IMG/VR virus record: IMGVR_UViG_3300037454_000146
Span: 35,374 to 99,373 of that record
DNA: 64,000 bases
From: a virus
Strand: one strand, 5' to 3'
Below are positions 46,402 to 55,803 of this stretch, piece after piece (position 1 is the stretch's first letter; the number at the start of each line of letters is the position of its first letter). Made by a program: the position numbers and the translations under genes. The notes beneath the pieces are model-generated. The model did not search any database and had not been told where the DNA came from. It saw only the letters and a program-made list of their open reading frames with translations.

Positions 46402-46628
46402 TTTGTTATATCTCCGTTACAGGAACATGATTCCTGTTCTCTTGTGCCAATACACACTCCTTTACGCCAGCACTTACACTTTTGCTTACGAATCCACTCC
46501 ATTGCCATATCATCAGTAATAGGGGAGAGGTCATTATCATCTATGTTGAAGTATTTTAACAACTTACGTAAAGCAGAACCTTTCTCGTCGCCCTGTTTCA
46601 TTACGAGCTTCAGCACTTCAATCGTCAT
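46362..46628 (-). CDS. hypothetical protein
   Basis: 88-aa ORF overlapping the upstream stop. Confidence 0.45.
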   Translation of the reverse strand: MTIEVLKLVMKQGDEKGSALRKLLKYFNIDDNDLSPITDDMAMEWIRKQKCKCWRKGVCIGTREQESCSCNGDITKCDFYSIKELVGQ

Positions 46629-46956
46629 GTGACCACCCTCCCAAATCTTCCAGTCTCAGTTTAGCAGCGTAAGCCGACAACTTAGTGGGGCAGCCCTCTC
46701 CAAAGGTTATATTGTAATAAGGACAATCTTCGCAATCCTCATCGCCACGCACGCAGGTCACGGCGGCTCTCAAGGTTTCTATAAGCTCCTTTTTATAAGC
46801 ATTGCGCTCTGCCTCTAACTCAAACATCTCTTTCGCGGTTTCCTGCGCCATTGTGTCAACGGCTTTTAGATAACCCTCTCGGAACGCTTCTTCTTTTGCT
46901 TGTTTTATGTACGCCTGTATCTCAGGTTCAGTCATAAATTTACCGTCAATCCACAT
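46618..46956 (-). CDS. hypothetical protein
   Basis: 112-aa ORF; its ATG overlaps the upstream stop. Confidence 0.45.
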   Translation of the reverse strand: MWIDGKFMTEPEIQAYIKQAKEEAFREGYLKAVDTMAQETAKEMFELEAERNAYKKELIETLRAAVTCVRGDEDCEDCPYYNITFGEGCPTKLSAYAAKLRLEDLGGWSHDD

Positions 46957-47186
46957 TAAGACTCACCTCCAGTCTGCGGATAGTATTCCGAAGCCAAGTG
47001 TTGCTCTCTAACAGCAATATAAATGTTGTCTCTTAAAACTGCAAAAGCAATAGAACTTCTATTATCGTGATTTATTGCAACTATCATATCGTCCTCTGTC
47101 TTGATTTCGTCTATCCCATAGCTTTTACACAATCCAGCCAAATCGGATAGAAAACCTTTGTGCACCTCTTTCAAAGTTTCTTTCAT
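46956..47186 (-). CDS. hypothetical protein
   Basis: 76-aa ORF. Confidence 0.45.
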   Translation of the reverse strand: MKETLKEVHKGFLSDLAGLCKSYGIDEIKTEDDMIVAINHDNRSSIAFAVLRDNIYIAVREQHLASEYYPQTGGES

Positions 47187-47190
47187 ATTA

Positions 47191-47373
47191 TCACCTACCT
47201 AAAAAACTTTCTATATTAGCACCACCTAAGAACATCATCAAAGAACCCCAAACAATCCAAAGCGTTCTTTGTAATTTGCCATTTTTGTTGGTAACATCAA
47301 GTCTGCTCCATAATATATTTATAGACAAACCTGAAATAACCTGAATAATACCAAGTATTATACATCGCATCAT
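47191..47373 (-). CDS. small membrane protein (two hydrophobic helices)
   Basis: MMRCIILGIIQVISGLSINILW...LWIVWGSLMMFLGG. Confidence 0.45.
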   Translation of the reverse strand: MMRCIILGIIQVISGLSINILWSRLDVTNKNGKLQRTLWIVWGSLMMFLGGANIESFLGR

Positions 47374-47858
47374 TATTGTTCCTCCTCATCAAAAATAATC
47401 TCGTAAATGTTTGTGTCTTGATACTGCCCGTCAAAAAATCCGCTGCCGTGTAGATGTCCTACGCACTGTCCACCGTATTCCTCAACAAGTCGCCTATACA
47501 GCCTATTGGCTCTCTCATTGTTTGCCCAAGCCCAAAACTCACATCTGCGTATGCCATTAGCGACCATCTTATTGATGTCTACCAAACAATCTCGCACAAG
47601 ATCGGCATTGTAATTCTTGAAGCCTATAAGTCCAAAGTTGTACAGGCTCTTGGATTGCCAATCTATTTGGTATGAAAAGTAACCATCTATGTCGCCATTA
47701 TCATCTAAGTGAACAAGGTCGTGTCGGTTTTCGTTATTGTCTGGGATTGTCAGCTCATACGCCGAGCCGCTAAAATAATACTTGTATCTTGGGTCGTACC
47801 AACAACCGATGAGCTTACGTTTAAGTTCTTCCTTATATAACTGCGCTGGGTAAAGCAT
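47373..47858 (-). CDS. GNAT-like acetyltransferase (tentative)
   Basis: 161 aa. C-terminal RRCEFWAWANNERANRLYRRLVEEYGG resembles the GNAT acetyl-CoA-binding region. Confidence 0.4.
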   Translation of the reverse strand: MLYPAQLYKEELKRKLIGCWYDPRYKYYFSGSAYELTIPDNNENRHDLVHLDDNGDIDGYFSYQIDWQSKSLYNFGLIGFKNYNADLVRDCLVDINKMVANGIRRCEFWAWANNERANRLYRRLVEEYGGQCVGHLHGSGFFDGQYQDTNIYEIIFDEEEQ

Positions 47859-47861
47859 TGT

Positions 47862-48005
47862 TCAATTCCACTCCTTTTGATATTCGTACCACGACTGACA
47901 ACCCTGATATGTGTCGTAAGCGTCGTAGTCATTCTGTATGCTATCCGTGTACACATCGGCACACGGCTCTGTTATGGTCTGCCTGTAAGCTGTGTAGTCA
48001 TCCAC
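47862..48005 (-). CDS. possible 47-aa acidic Tyr-rich peptide
   Basis: GTG 48005, 8 nt after AGGAGG, to TGA 47864-47862. Below the track cutoff and read by hand. Confidence 0.3.
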   Translation of the reverse strand: MDDYTAYRQTITEPCADVYTDSIQNDYDAYDTYQGCQSWYEYQKEWN

Positions 48006-48074
48006 CGTTTGCGCCTCCTTTCTAACTTTGTACTGTGCGAGGAAATAAAAATACCGTCCTCATCTTTCAAGAGT

Positions 48075-48103
48075 ATTATAACACTAATTTTCTACCTTGT
48101 CAA
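48075..48103 (-). promoter_or_regulatory. consensus promoter (phage promoter family)
   Basis: Minus strand reads TTGACAAGGTAGAAAATTAGTGTTATAAT. Confidence 0.65.
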
Positions 48104-48117
48104 GAGCTTTTTTAAAA

Positions 48118-48444
48118 TTATTTTGATTCTCCAACGACAGGGAACAAATGAATAGAAAGATTAGTAAATGGCTTTATTGCATAAAGATTTTCATTTGTTT
48201 TACGTAATTTCCAATCTTCTGACCATTCATTAAGATTATGTAACATATCTTTAGTATTATTAACAATTTCCATATACTTCACTTCAGTTTTAGCCTTTTC
48301 GGACAACTGTGCGTCACACCACTGACAGTAAAGCTCTCTGAGTTCTCGAAGCTCATCAGACTTCATACATCTCGAATGTATTTCCAAAATGCCCTCGCAA
48401 GTTTTTAAATCATGCTTTCTTATTTTTTCGTCGTAATAAATCAT
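48118..48444 (-). CDS. hypothetical protein
   Basis: 108-aa ORF; its ATG overlaps the stop of the Rep-like gene. Confidence 0.5.
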   Translation of the reverse strand: MIYYDEKIRKHDLKTCEGILEIHSRCMKSDELRELRELYCQWCDAQLSEKAKTEVKYMEIVNNTKDMLHNLNEWSEDWKLRKTNENLYAIKPFTNLSIHLFPVVGESK

Positions 48445-49361
48445 TATATCTCTCCTTCTTTAATTAAAAACGCATCACTTAACCCTGTAAGCTCCATGAT
48501 TTTTTCTTTATTAGCAAAAACGCTATACAATCTTGGGTTGACACATAGGAACTCCCTTAGTTTGTCGTTCTTAGTGTCTTTAACTGAAATAAGAATGCTA
48601 CGAGTGTCGCCATTGCGATCAGGATACTGTATCTTTAAGAGCTGATTTACGAATCGTCCCGAATGAGACACGTCAAGTCCGAGTTTCTCACATAATGTTT
48701 CAACAGTCATTTTTCGTACTTTGTCTTTGTCGGTTTCAAGAGGGTTCTCACACAAAACATTATAAGTGAGGTTGATATAAGGAACTATAACATATAAATA
48801 GCCGAGCATCTTATGCGACGATACCGTAGCATTCTCATAAAGGAATCTTACGGAATGAATAAATAACTTCGCAGCCACTTGGTTTTTATCTTTTGTCATT
48901 GTGCCTTTGCCAAACTTATCAAGTGGCAATCTAAATCCCACATCATCCTCTAATAAATAATTGTTTGCCCTTGCCTCTTTTAGGAAACGCATAAATGTTC
49001 TATTATCCAACTTCAAAACTTCTTGAATATTTTGCCTCGTCATAATTCTTCCATTATCAAAAGCAATATAATTGTCCTTGTTGATGTAAGTTGCCAAATA
49101 CACGAGGCGAGCCACTGTTGGGTTGATGATATTTGTGAAGTTCACCTCTAAAGGAACATAATAATTCCACACATAAGTGCCGCCATCGCCTACCGCACTA
49201 AGGAAGTCTTTTCTGTCCTGTTTCTCAATTTCAAAATGTTTAACTCCAAATTCTCTGCGAGCATCAATCTCCGCCTGAGACTGCACATTAACTACCTCAT
49301 CATCTTGCACGGGCTTCACTAAGCCGTTCTTCATTACGACCGCTTCTATGTCATTAGCCAT
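48444..49361 (-). CDS. putative replication initiator / replisome organiser (winged-helix type)
   Basis: 305 aa, first gene after the iteron-rich ORF-free region. Internal segments suggest two winged-helix units. Assignment is by context. Confidence 0.35.
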   Translation of the reverse strand: MANDIEAVVMKNGLVKPVQDDEVVNVQSQAEIDARREFGVKHFEIEKQDRKDFLSAVGDGGTYVWNYYVPLEVNFTNIINPTVARLVYLATYINKDNYIAFDNGRIMTRQNIQEVLKLDNRTFMRFLKEARANNYLLEDDVGFRLPLDKFGKGTMTKDKNQVAAKLFIHSVRFLYENATVSSHKMLGYLYVIVPYINLTYNVLCENPLETDKDKVRKMTVETLCEKLGLDVSHSGRFVNQLLKIQYPDRNGDTRSILISVKDTKNDKLREFLCVNPRLYSVFANKEKIMELTGLSDAFLIKEGEI

Positions 49362-49415
49362 TAAAAACCACCTTTCCTAAATTGTTTGCCTATTTATAGC
49401 CTTCTATCACCATTT

Positions 49416-49462
49416 TCGCCATTTTTGTCACTTTTTTTGGGTTTTCTCGCCATTTTTGTCAC
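49416..49462. repeat. two 16-nt direct repeats TCGCCATTTTTGTCAC (iteron-like)
   Basis: Copies at 49416-49431 and 49447-49462, 31 nt apart, just upstream of the Rep-like gene start. Confidence 0.6.
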
Positions 49463-49633
49463 CTACCAAAAATGCCCATACGCCCCTAAACATAGAACTA
49501 AACTGGTGATTTTTGAGGACTGTCACTCTTATAGTATATAGTGACCAAGTTGGGGTTCTCCACAAAGTGAATTGAACGTATCATTTCTTTCTCTGTCAGA
49601 GCATACCTACCCCGTGCTTCTCTCCTCAATCCC

Positions 49634-49662
49634 ATTATAACACTAATTTCTTACTTTGTCAA
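49634..49662 (-). promoter_or_regulatory. consensus promoter for the leftward Rep-like operon
   Basis: Minus strand reads TTGACAAAGTAAGAAATTAGTGTTATAAT. Confidence 0.65.
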
Positions 49663-50430
49663 GCCCCTAAAAGAAAAAAAAATAGCCCTTACTGTAATAG
49701 TAGCCGAGAGTTCTTTGGTAGCCCATAATAATAAATATTTATTTTTCTCTTAAAGGTTGCCCAACTCGTTCCGCAACGGCGAGAATTGAAGTAGCCACTA
49801 CTCCGCAAAAGGCTCGTAAAAGTCGCCATTCGCCCCAAAGCCCAGTATTTCGCCCAAAAGCAGGGATTCCGTCAGAGTTTGCTCCGCAATTGCTGGGATT
49901 TGCATCTTCTTTTAAAGGCTATAATAGGGGATTTGTCCGAAAATGACAGCGATGAAAAATGGCATAAATTTCGCAGACTTTAAAAATTTAATGGACAGTG
50001 CGATTCATCACCTATGCCCTGCCTGTGCTGCGGAATCAGCCCCTAAAATGTAAATATAGCCCCTGATCCATCGCCAAAAAACCGCGATATATAGCCAAAC
50101 AATTGATTTGTCCAAATGCAATTGTTTAAATTCTTATTTTATTAAAGATTCTGTAAAGATTCAAGCTCCAAAATCAGTGGCGAAAAGGTGTAAACTGTTT
50201 TTGCTTTACAGGCTTGTAAAGTGGTTTTAGTTTACAGTTCGCAAAAATGACTATTAATGAAAAGTGAAGAAAATAAGAGTATTAACAATCATAGTCAAGT
50301 TATTTTACAATAAAATATGCAATTCCGATTTGCTGGTAATAATTCACACTTTTAACAAAGTCTCTTTTTGTATTATAATGGTATTATATATAAAGGGCAG
50401 CCTGATATACAAACTGTAAAGCTTGTAATA
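49663..50430. other. ORF-free origin-like region with short dispersed repeats
   Basis: Recurrent (T)AGCC, TCGCC(A/C)AAA and TGTAAA/TTTACA words. No ORF of 60 codons or more. Confidence 0.35.
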
Positions 50431-50433
50431 TGC

Positions 50434-50658
50434 CTATTTATCGGCGTTTATGACATATTCTGATAGATCAATATTATTATGTATGCAATAGTTTATACAA
50501 GCAGTCATAAAAGCAGTACGATTTAGATTATTCTTTTTAGCTCCTGAATCAATATAATTAACAATATGCGGTCTAAGATTCATTACAATGCGTTTATAAT
50601 TATCTTTTATATACTTTTGGTCATATTTCTTTTTGTCAAATTTATTTTCTTTTTCCAT
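50434..50658 (-). CDS. putative ribbon-helix-helix regulator
   Basis: ATG 50658, 8 nt after GGAGG. KKKYDQKYIKDNYKRIVMNLRP...NRTAFMTACINYCI parallels the 58095..58436 product. Divergent from the early operon. Confidence 0.4.
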   Translation of the reverse strand: MEKENKFDKKKYDQKYIKDNYKRIVMNLRPHIVNYIDSGAKKNNLNRTAFMTACINYCIHNNIDLSEYVINADK

Positions 50659-50751
50659 GATCCAAGCCTCCAAACGCCTATTTATGGGCAATTATAAAGT
50701 TTGTGCAATTTTTTATTGTATTTTTTCAAATTTATGATTTTTTTGTGCTGA

Positions 50752-50846
50752 TTTATGCACTATGTACATAGTATAAGCTGATCCGCTTACATCCTGAAAC
50801 AGCCGACAGCCTGAATTTGGCTAGTTACCGTTTATGCACTATGTAC
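50752..50846. promoter_or_regulatory. operator repeats TTTATGCACTATGTACA (two copies)
   Basis: Copies at 50752-50768 and 50830-50846. The first contains the 14-bp palindrome ACTATGTACATAGT. A half-site, ACTATGTACAC, lies in the promoter spacer at 50889-50917. Confidence 0.5.
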
Positions 50847-50888
50847 AAAGTGTGCTATTGTTTGTGAGATATGCACAAATCGCCCAAC

Positions 50889-50917
50889 TTGAAACTATGT
50901 ACACAGTGTGGTATACT
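50889..50917 (+). promoter_or_regulatory. rightward early promoter
   Basis: TTGAAA, 17-nt spacer, TATACT, with an operator half-site in the spacer. Confidence 0.5.
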
Positions 50918-51409
50918 AAAATCACAGAAGAACGAAAGACACAAACAAAGCGGTCAGACAAACCGCAAAACATAAGCCAGTAAAGGTTAGCCAGAGTGAC
51001 CGACAAATGACAGTAACTTGAAAATTAAATAGCTCCGAATCGGTAATGTGAAAAGCCGATTGACCGCGAAAAGCTGAAAAAGCAAGTAACGCGATAATAA
51101 ACAGCCGAAAAGCCTTGACGGGATAAAGAGTAACTACCTCAAAGTCAAACGCCGATTAAGTGAGATAAAACGCGGAACGCCTAAAGCAAGTACAAAGAAT
51201 ATAAATGGAGCATAACGTAACAAGAGATACAACACGCCGATATTTTTTGAAAGTTTTTCACGGCAGTTAAGCCAATCAGAAAAACAGTACAAGTCTATTA
51301 TATCACGCTTGACTGCACAATGTCAAGCGATATCTGCCAAACAAGTTCAAGAGCTTGCAAGGCAGTCCAGAACAAGCAAATTAAATTAATATTTTAAGGA
51401 GGCATCATT

Positions 51410-51742
51410 ATGAAAGTTAATGTTACAAGAAAGTCTATCGCTCAGAACTATTATTGCAAATCCGCAGGATATTGTTCTTTACAGTATCTCTTTAGAGGCA
51501 TAGAGCCTAACTTCTACACACACGGCATTTACGGATGGAACTTCGACGCGTACACACACGGTAACAAATGCGTGACTACTGGATACCGTAACATGATAGG
51601 CGATTCAATCCCCTATGACGTATGCAAGAAGTATGAAGAATCCGCCGAAAAGATATGGAGCTATGAAAATAAAGCTACATATGACGAAAAGAGAAAAGCA
51701 GCGGATGAACTTCTTGAAAAGTTTTGGAATGAGGCATTCTAA
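51410..51742 (+). CDS. hypothetical early protein
   Basis: TAAGGAGG RBS. 110 aa. Confidence 0.55.
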   Translation: MKVNVTRKSIAQNYYCKSAGYCSLQYLFRGIEPNFYTHGIYGWNFDAYTHGNKCVTTGYRNMIGDSIPYDVCKKYEESAEKIWSYENKATYDEKRKAADELLEKFWNEAF

Positions 51743-51907
51743 TAAAATTCAAATTCAATGGTTTTTGACGGGCTGCACCATAAGCAACCCGATCCCATAC
51801 CGCTATTTTTGCAATTTTTTCGTGCGGACAAACTGAAAAATTACAAAACAATAGCGCGTTTGCAATAGTGAGCGCGTGACGACTGGAATATTTAAGGAGG
51901 TTATTTT

Positions 51908-52138
51908 ATGTATACAGAGAAGGAAAGAAAACAGCTTGAAAGAGCTTTAAAACGTGTTGAGAAGTGCAGCGGGGACTGTAAACATTGTGAAAAATGTCAT
52001 ATCTACACTTCAGAAAAATCTTTTTGCTATGCTATAGGATGCGACTTATTACCGCAAAATATGTTTGATATGATTGACGATCATATCACCACATTAAGAC
52101 AAACAGCTATTGACTTACTTAAATTTGAATTATCATGA
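51908..52138 (+). CDS. hypothetical Cys-rich early protein
   Basis: TAAGGAGG RBS. CSGDCKHCEKCH motif. Confidence 0.55.
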   Translation: MYTEKERKQLERALKRVEKCSGDCKHCEKCHIYTSEKSFCYAIGCDLLPQNMFDMIDDHITTLRQTAIDLLKFELS

Positions 52139-52153
52139 AATGGAGGTTTAATT

Positions 52154-52306
52154 ATGAAAAAATATCGTGTTGATGTTTATTCAAAGTTTAATGCTGATAT
52201 GCTTGTAAGTCGAAATTATGTGTTTTTTATGACTGAGTCAGAAGCTATTGAGTACGGAAATTCCATTGCTAATGGCAATACAGTAAACGTTATTGAAGTA
52301 AAATAA
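52154..52306 (+). CDS. hypothetical 50-aa early protein
   Basis: TGGAGG RBS at 52141. Read by hand (MKKYRVDVYSKFNADML...). Confidence 0.4.
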   Translation: MKKYRVDVYSKFNADMLVSRNYVFFMTESEAIEYGNSIANGNTVNVIEVK

Positions 52307-52407
52307 AATCAAAGTTTCAAATGCTTTTCAAGTGTATCAGCGGAAAAGTTGATACACTTCATAAAGCACTTGAAAAGTGCTAATATTGGAAAATCGGAGG
52401 CGATTAT

Positions 52408-52572
52408 ATGACCATTACAAGAATAATCGACAAATACAATCCGCATAAAGTATGGATTATTAAGCGGACAAAATGCGGTCACTTTTATGTCAATCAGGAA
52501 ATATGCGGACGGAAATTTTATACAGCTTTTCAGCGTATGACAAAAAGATATATTAAGGAGGTATTATCATGA
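52408..52572 (+). CDS. hypothetical 54-aa early protein
   Basis: CGGAGG RBS. Its stop overlaps the next ATG (ATGA). Confidence 0.4.
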   Translation: MTITRIIDKYNPHKVWIIKRTKCGHFYVNQEICGRKFYTAFQRMTKRYIKEVLS

Positions 52573-52793
52573 ATACTATGGAAAAATTAAATGCTATGTC
52601 AATTATAAGCAAGTACGCACAAACCAAAAGGGAAAATTTGTATAACAATTCTCTTATGAAGGATGAGATCAAAAACATTATTGTATCATATGTAACCGAG
52701 ACGGAAAATTTATTCAAAAAAGATTTTATTACACTGGATGAGGCTGTAATGCGTATTGCAATGGCAGCGAGCTATGCGCTTGAAAATGCATAA
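52569..52793 (+). CDS. hypothetical early protein
   Basis: TAAGGAGG RBS. 74 aa. Confidence 0.55.
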   Translation: MNTMEKLNAMSIISKYAQTKRENLYNNSLMKDEIKNIIVSYVTETENLFKKDFITLDEAVMRIAMAASYALENA

Positions 52794-52892
52794 CGGAAAA
52801 ATAAAGCGGTTTTCTAAAGAGTTTTCCGCACAAAAAAGCTCTATTCCATACAGAAAAAACCACATAAAACACATATTCTAAAGGAGGTCATT

Positions 52893-53030
52893 ATGGAAAA
52901 ATGGTATGCTTTAATGCAATGTGGCATAGTCTACGAAGTGTTACATTGTACGGAAAATCAGATCAAATTAAAAGCAGCCCGATACAATCAGCAATCGGAA
53001 AAATTTTACTGGAGCTATGAAGAAGTATAA
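52893..53030 (+). CDS. hypothetical 45-aa early protein
   Basis: AAAGGAGGTC RBS. Read by hand. Confidence 0.4.
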   Translation: MEKWYALMQCGIVYEVLHCTENQIKLKAARYNQQSEKFYWSYEEV

Positions 53031-53036
53031 TAATTA

Positions 53037-53065
53037 TTGACATATCGAATGATATGTGATATTAT
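53037..53065 (+). promoter_or_regulatory. sigma-A-type promoter with extended -10
   Basis: TTGACA, 17-nt spacer ending in TGA, then TATTAT. Confidence 0.5.
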
Positions 53066-53100
53066 GGAACTATAGCAACGGAAAATTCAAGGAGGCGACT

Positions 53101-53352
53101 ATGGAAAAATATTGCATATATCACGCACGTGGCATTTTTACGGAGTCAACTGCATATGCGGAAAAATCGCAAACAGAAATACTGGATGATATTCTTGCAA
53201 GCTATCCTGCATTTGTGCAGCTTGCAAACTTTGATTCAGAAGCAGAAGCGGAAAAAGCATATAGCAAATACAATAACAATATATCAATACGGAAAAATGG
53301 TGACGGAGTTATCATAAACTATAACATCTACACGATCAAAGCGGAAAATTGA
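53101..53352 (+). CDS. hypothetical early protein
   Basis: ATG 53101 after CAAGGAGG. The track gives 53056. Confidence 0.5.
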   Translation: MEKYCIYHARGIFTESTAYAEKSQTEILDDILASYPAFVQLANFDSEAEAEKAYSKYNNNISIRKNGDGVIINYNIYTIKAEN

Positions 53353-53402
53353 ACAGAAAATTTGCACAAGTTTTCAGTCGGAAATTTGTGCAGAATCCAT
53401 AC

Positions 53403-53431
53403 TTGACAGAGTATAAAATTTGTGATATACT
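53403..53431 (+). promoter_or_regulatory. sigma-A-type promoter (phage promoter family)
   Basis: TTGACAGAGTATAAAATTTGTGATATACT. Confidence 0.5.
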
Positions 53432-53515
53432 ATAATCACAGGGAAAATCCCTGAATAGTTATGCCCTAACAAAGTAAGAAATTAAATGAAAAGTGTATTT
53501 TAAGGAGGTCTATTT

Positions 53516-53860
53516 ATGAATAATTATTTTGAAAAGGTACAGGAAATAGCGGAAAATTTAGGCTGGAATGTTGAAATTCAGGATAATATTGCTATATTCC
53601 AAAGGTATAGCGGATGCGGTCAGGACTTCAATATTGAGCTTGACATAGCGGAAACTTCAGATGAATTTGCGGATAATCTTTATAACTACTATAGCGAATT
53701 TGACGTATCGTATGAAGCTTATCTATGGTTAGATAGCACTGGTCATGGAACTAATGGAGCACCATATGAAATGATAGATGTATACAACGATATGAAAGAA
53801 TGTGAAGAAGCTATACATGAGTTATGGGCGGAAATTCACAACACAGATTTTGATGAATAA
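53516..53860 (+). CDS. strongly acidic early protein (DNA-mimic candidate)
   Basis: 114 aa with 27 Asp/Glu and 3 Lys/Arg by my count. TAAGGAGGTC RBS. Confidence 0.55.
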   Translation: MNNYFEKVQEIAENLGWNVEIQDNIAIFQRYSGCGQDFNIELDIAETSDEFADNLYNYYSEFDVSYEAYLWLDSTGHGTNGAPYEMIDVYNDMKECEEAIHELWAEIHNTDFDE

Positions 53861-53887
53861 AAGAGTGATTTAAAGGAGGTCGGAAAA

Positions 53888-54145
53888 ATGAAAATGTATA
53901 CAGAGCTTGAAATAGCTGAAATAATAGGTGATGCCAATACGGAAAAAGCAATTGAAAAAGCTTTATCTGATATACCACATGAACGATCAAAAGAATGTGA
54001 TTATTACAATATATATATTCCTTATCGCTGTAATGGCTGTATTAGGGTATATCTGGAAAAACGAGGTACACACAAATATTCAAGAATACAGCGACTTGTA
54101 AACACTACATTTAAGTATAGCGGAACGCCTGTATTTTTTGGTTAA
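53888..54145 (+). CDS. hypothetical early protein
   Basis: AAAGGAGGTC RBS. 85 aa. Confidence 0.55.
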   Translation: MKMYTELEIAEIIGDANTEKAIEKALSDIPHERSKECDYYNIYIPYRCNGCIRVYLEKRGTHKYSRIQRLVNTTFKYSGTPVFFG

Positions 54146-54238
54146 TCATACGGAAAAAGCTTGACGGGGAGCTTACAATTCCCGTCACCATAGACGATAA
54201 ACCACAAACCACAACGGAAAATTAAGGAGGTCAAAATT

Positions 54239-54508
54239 ATGAACGGAAATTTTATTGAAGCTAATCACAGTCGAGCAGTATTACATCTTGATAAGAGTAC
54301 AGCGGAAAAATTAAACAGAATCGCACCAAAGGGATGCCCATTTGATGATTATACTTTCCTTGACTTACTGAAGGATTATGTATGGCAGTACGATTGGTTA
54401 GTGCAGGGAAAAATGAGCGTTATTAACTTCATAAACATGATTAGCAATAAGAGCTATAACGCTTATGTGTACGGAAAAACAATTATTGAAGTGATTCAGG
54501 AGGCATGA
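54239..54508 (+). CDS. hypothetical early protein
   Basis: TAAGGAGGTC RBS. 89 aa. Confidence 0.55.
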   Translation: MNGNFIEANHSRAVLHLDKSTAEKLNRIAPKGCPFDDYTFLDLLKDYVWQYDWLVQGKMSVINFINMISNKSYNAYVYGKTIIEVIQEA

Positions 54509-54711
54509 CTATGAAAACATCTTGTATATGCAGCGCACCTACAAAAGCCGATTTGGAAAAGCAGATCAACAACTACTTCTTATCGGAAAACTATGTTATC
54601 ACAGACGATAACAGGGTATACAACACCAAAACGGAAAAGTATTGGAGTTCTGAAGCTGCTATAATAGTTGAGCGCAAAGGCAGATGGCAGTTCAGAAGGA
54701 TTGAGAGCTAA
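54505..54711 (+). CDS. hypothetical early protein
   Basis: ATGA overlap with the upstream gene. 68 aa. Confidence 0.5.
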   Translation: MTMKTSCICSAPTKADLEKQINNYFLSENYVITDDNRVYNTKTEKYWSSEAAIIVERKGRWQFRRIES

Positions 54712-54742
54712 ATAAAATGACTGTTTAAAGGAGGAAATTATC

Positions 54743-55432
54743 ATGTTAAATGAAATGATTAAAGAATATAAAGAGCTTATGACTTCTCTTAATGAGATCA
54801 AGGAAAAAGCAGATACTATGCACAAGGAAATGTTTAAGACAGATATTAAAGACAGACTTGCCGACAAAAACAACTGGAAAAAGCAGCTTGATGAATATGC
54901 TGAAATGGAAAAGTGTGTAAAGCACAAACAAGAATATCTGTACATTTTTCAGTATAACATATTCAATACTTTCATAGTAGAGAATATGGAAACTATGATG
55001 GGAATTATAAACAAGTATGCTAATAAACCCATTGGGGAAAAACGTAGAAGAAACTTATACGATGAGCTTTACGCTCTTATTCCAAAAGAAGTTGTTTACA
55101 CTTTCGGCATAAATGTCAAATACGGAACTTTCGGCGGAATAGAAATATACCTTGATTACAAAAACAATCGTCATTGGGTATGGATAATTGATGATAAAGA
55201 AGGCAATACCTATTCAGAACTAACCGAGGAAAAGACGATTGATATAATCAGCAAGGCGAAGGGAAAAATCATTGACGATATTGACAAGTATATTGCTGAT
55301 ACTTATGAAAAAATAGCGATCCTTAATGGAAAAATTGAAGAAGTCGAAAAGCTGTATTCAGAAGTTAGGGATGCAGCCAGTGAAATGAATATATGGTCGT
55401 ATGATACAACTGTAAAGAAGTATAGAACATAA
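54743..55432 (+). CDS. hypothetical early protein (229 aa)
   Basis: AAAGGAGG RBS. N-terminal coiled-coil. Confidence 0.55.
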   Translation: MLNEMIKEYKELMTSLNEIKEKADTMHKEMFKTDIKDRLADKNNWKKQLDEYAEMEKCVKHKQEYLYIFQYNIFNTFIVENMETMMGIINKYANKPIGEKRRRNLYDELYALIPKEVVYTFGINVKYGTFGGIEIYLDYKNNRHWVWIIDDKEGNTYSELTEEKTIDIISKAKGKIIDDIDKYIADTYEKIAILNGKIEEVEKLYSEVRDAASEMNIWSYDTTVKKYRT

Positions 55433-55526
55433 AAGTAAACGCTTGTACTTGCCTATAATGGTCAGAGCTTATAGGCAATGACAAACGCTTAGCGGAAAAT
55501 TAAAACGTATACAGGAGGTCGATATT

Positions 55527-55790
55527 ATGACAAATAAGGTAAAGGAAAACGCATATTCAGATTGGTTTGATATGATATTCAAATCATGGACATGGGAAAA
55601 GTTGACGGACAATGAGCGCACCGTATTTGTAGATCAGATGGATTCATGGTGCAATTGCAGAGGACTTCTCATTGGTACATACAAGCAGCGATGGGAAATC
55701 TTAAACGAGATGTATCACATATATCTGTTAGGCGTGGGATATGATTCACCTAATTGGAGAGACAACGCAGAGGAAAATCCAAAGTTTTAA
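55527..55790 (+). CDS. hypothetical early protein
   Basis: CAGGAGGTC RBS. 87 aa. Confidence 0.55.
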   Translation: MTNKVKENAYSDWFDMIFKSWTWEKLTDNERTVFVDQMDSWCNCRGLLIGTYKQRWEILNEMYHIYLLGVGYDSPNWRDNAEENPKF

Positions 55791-55803
55791 GGAGGTCAAT
55801 GTT

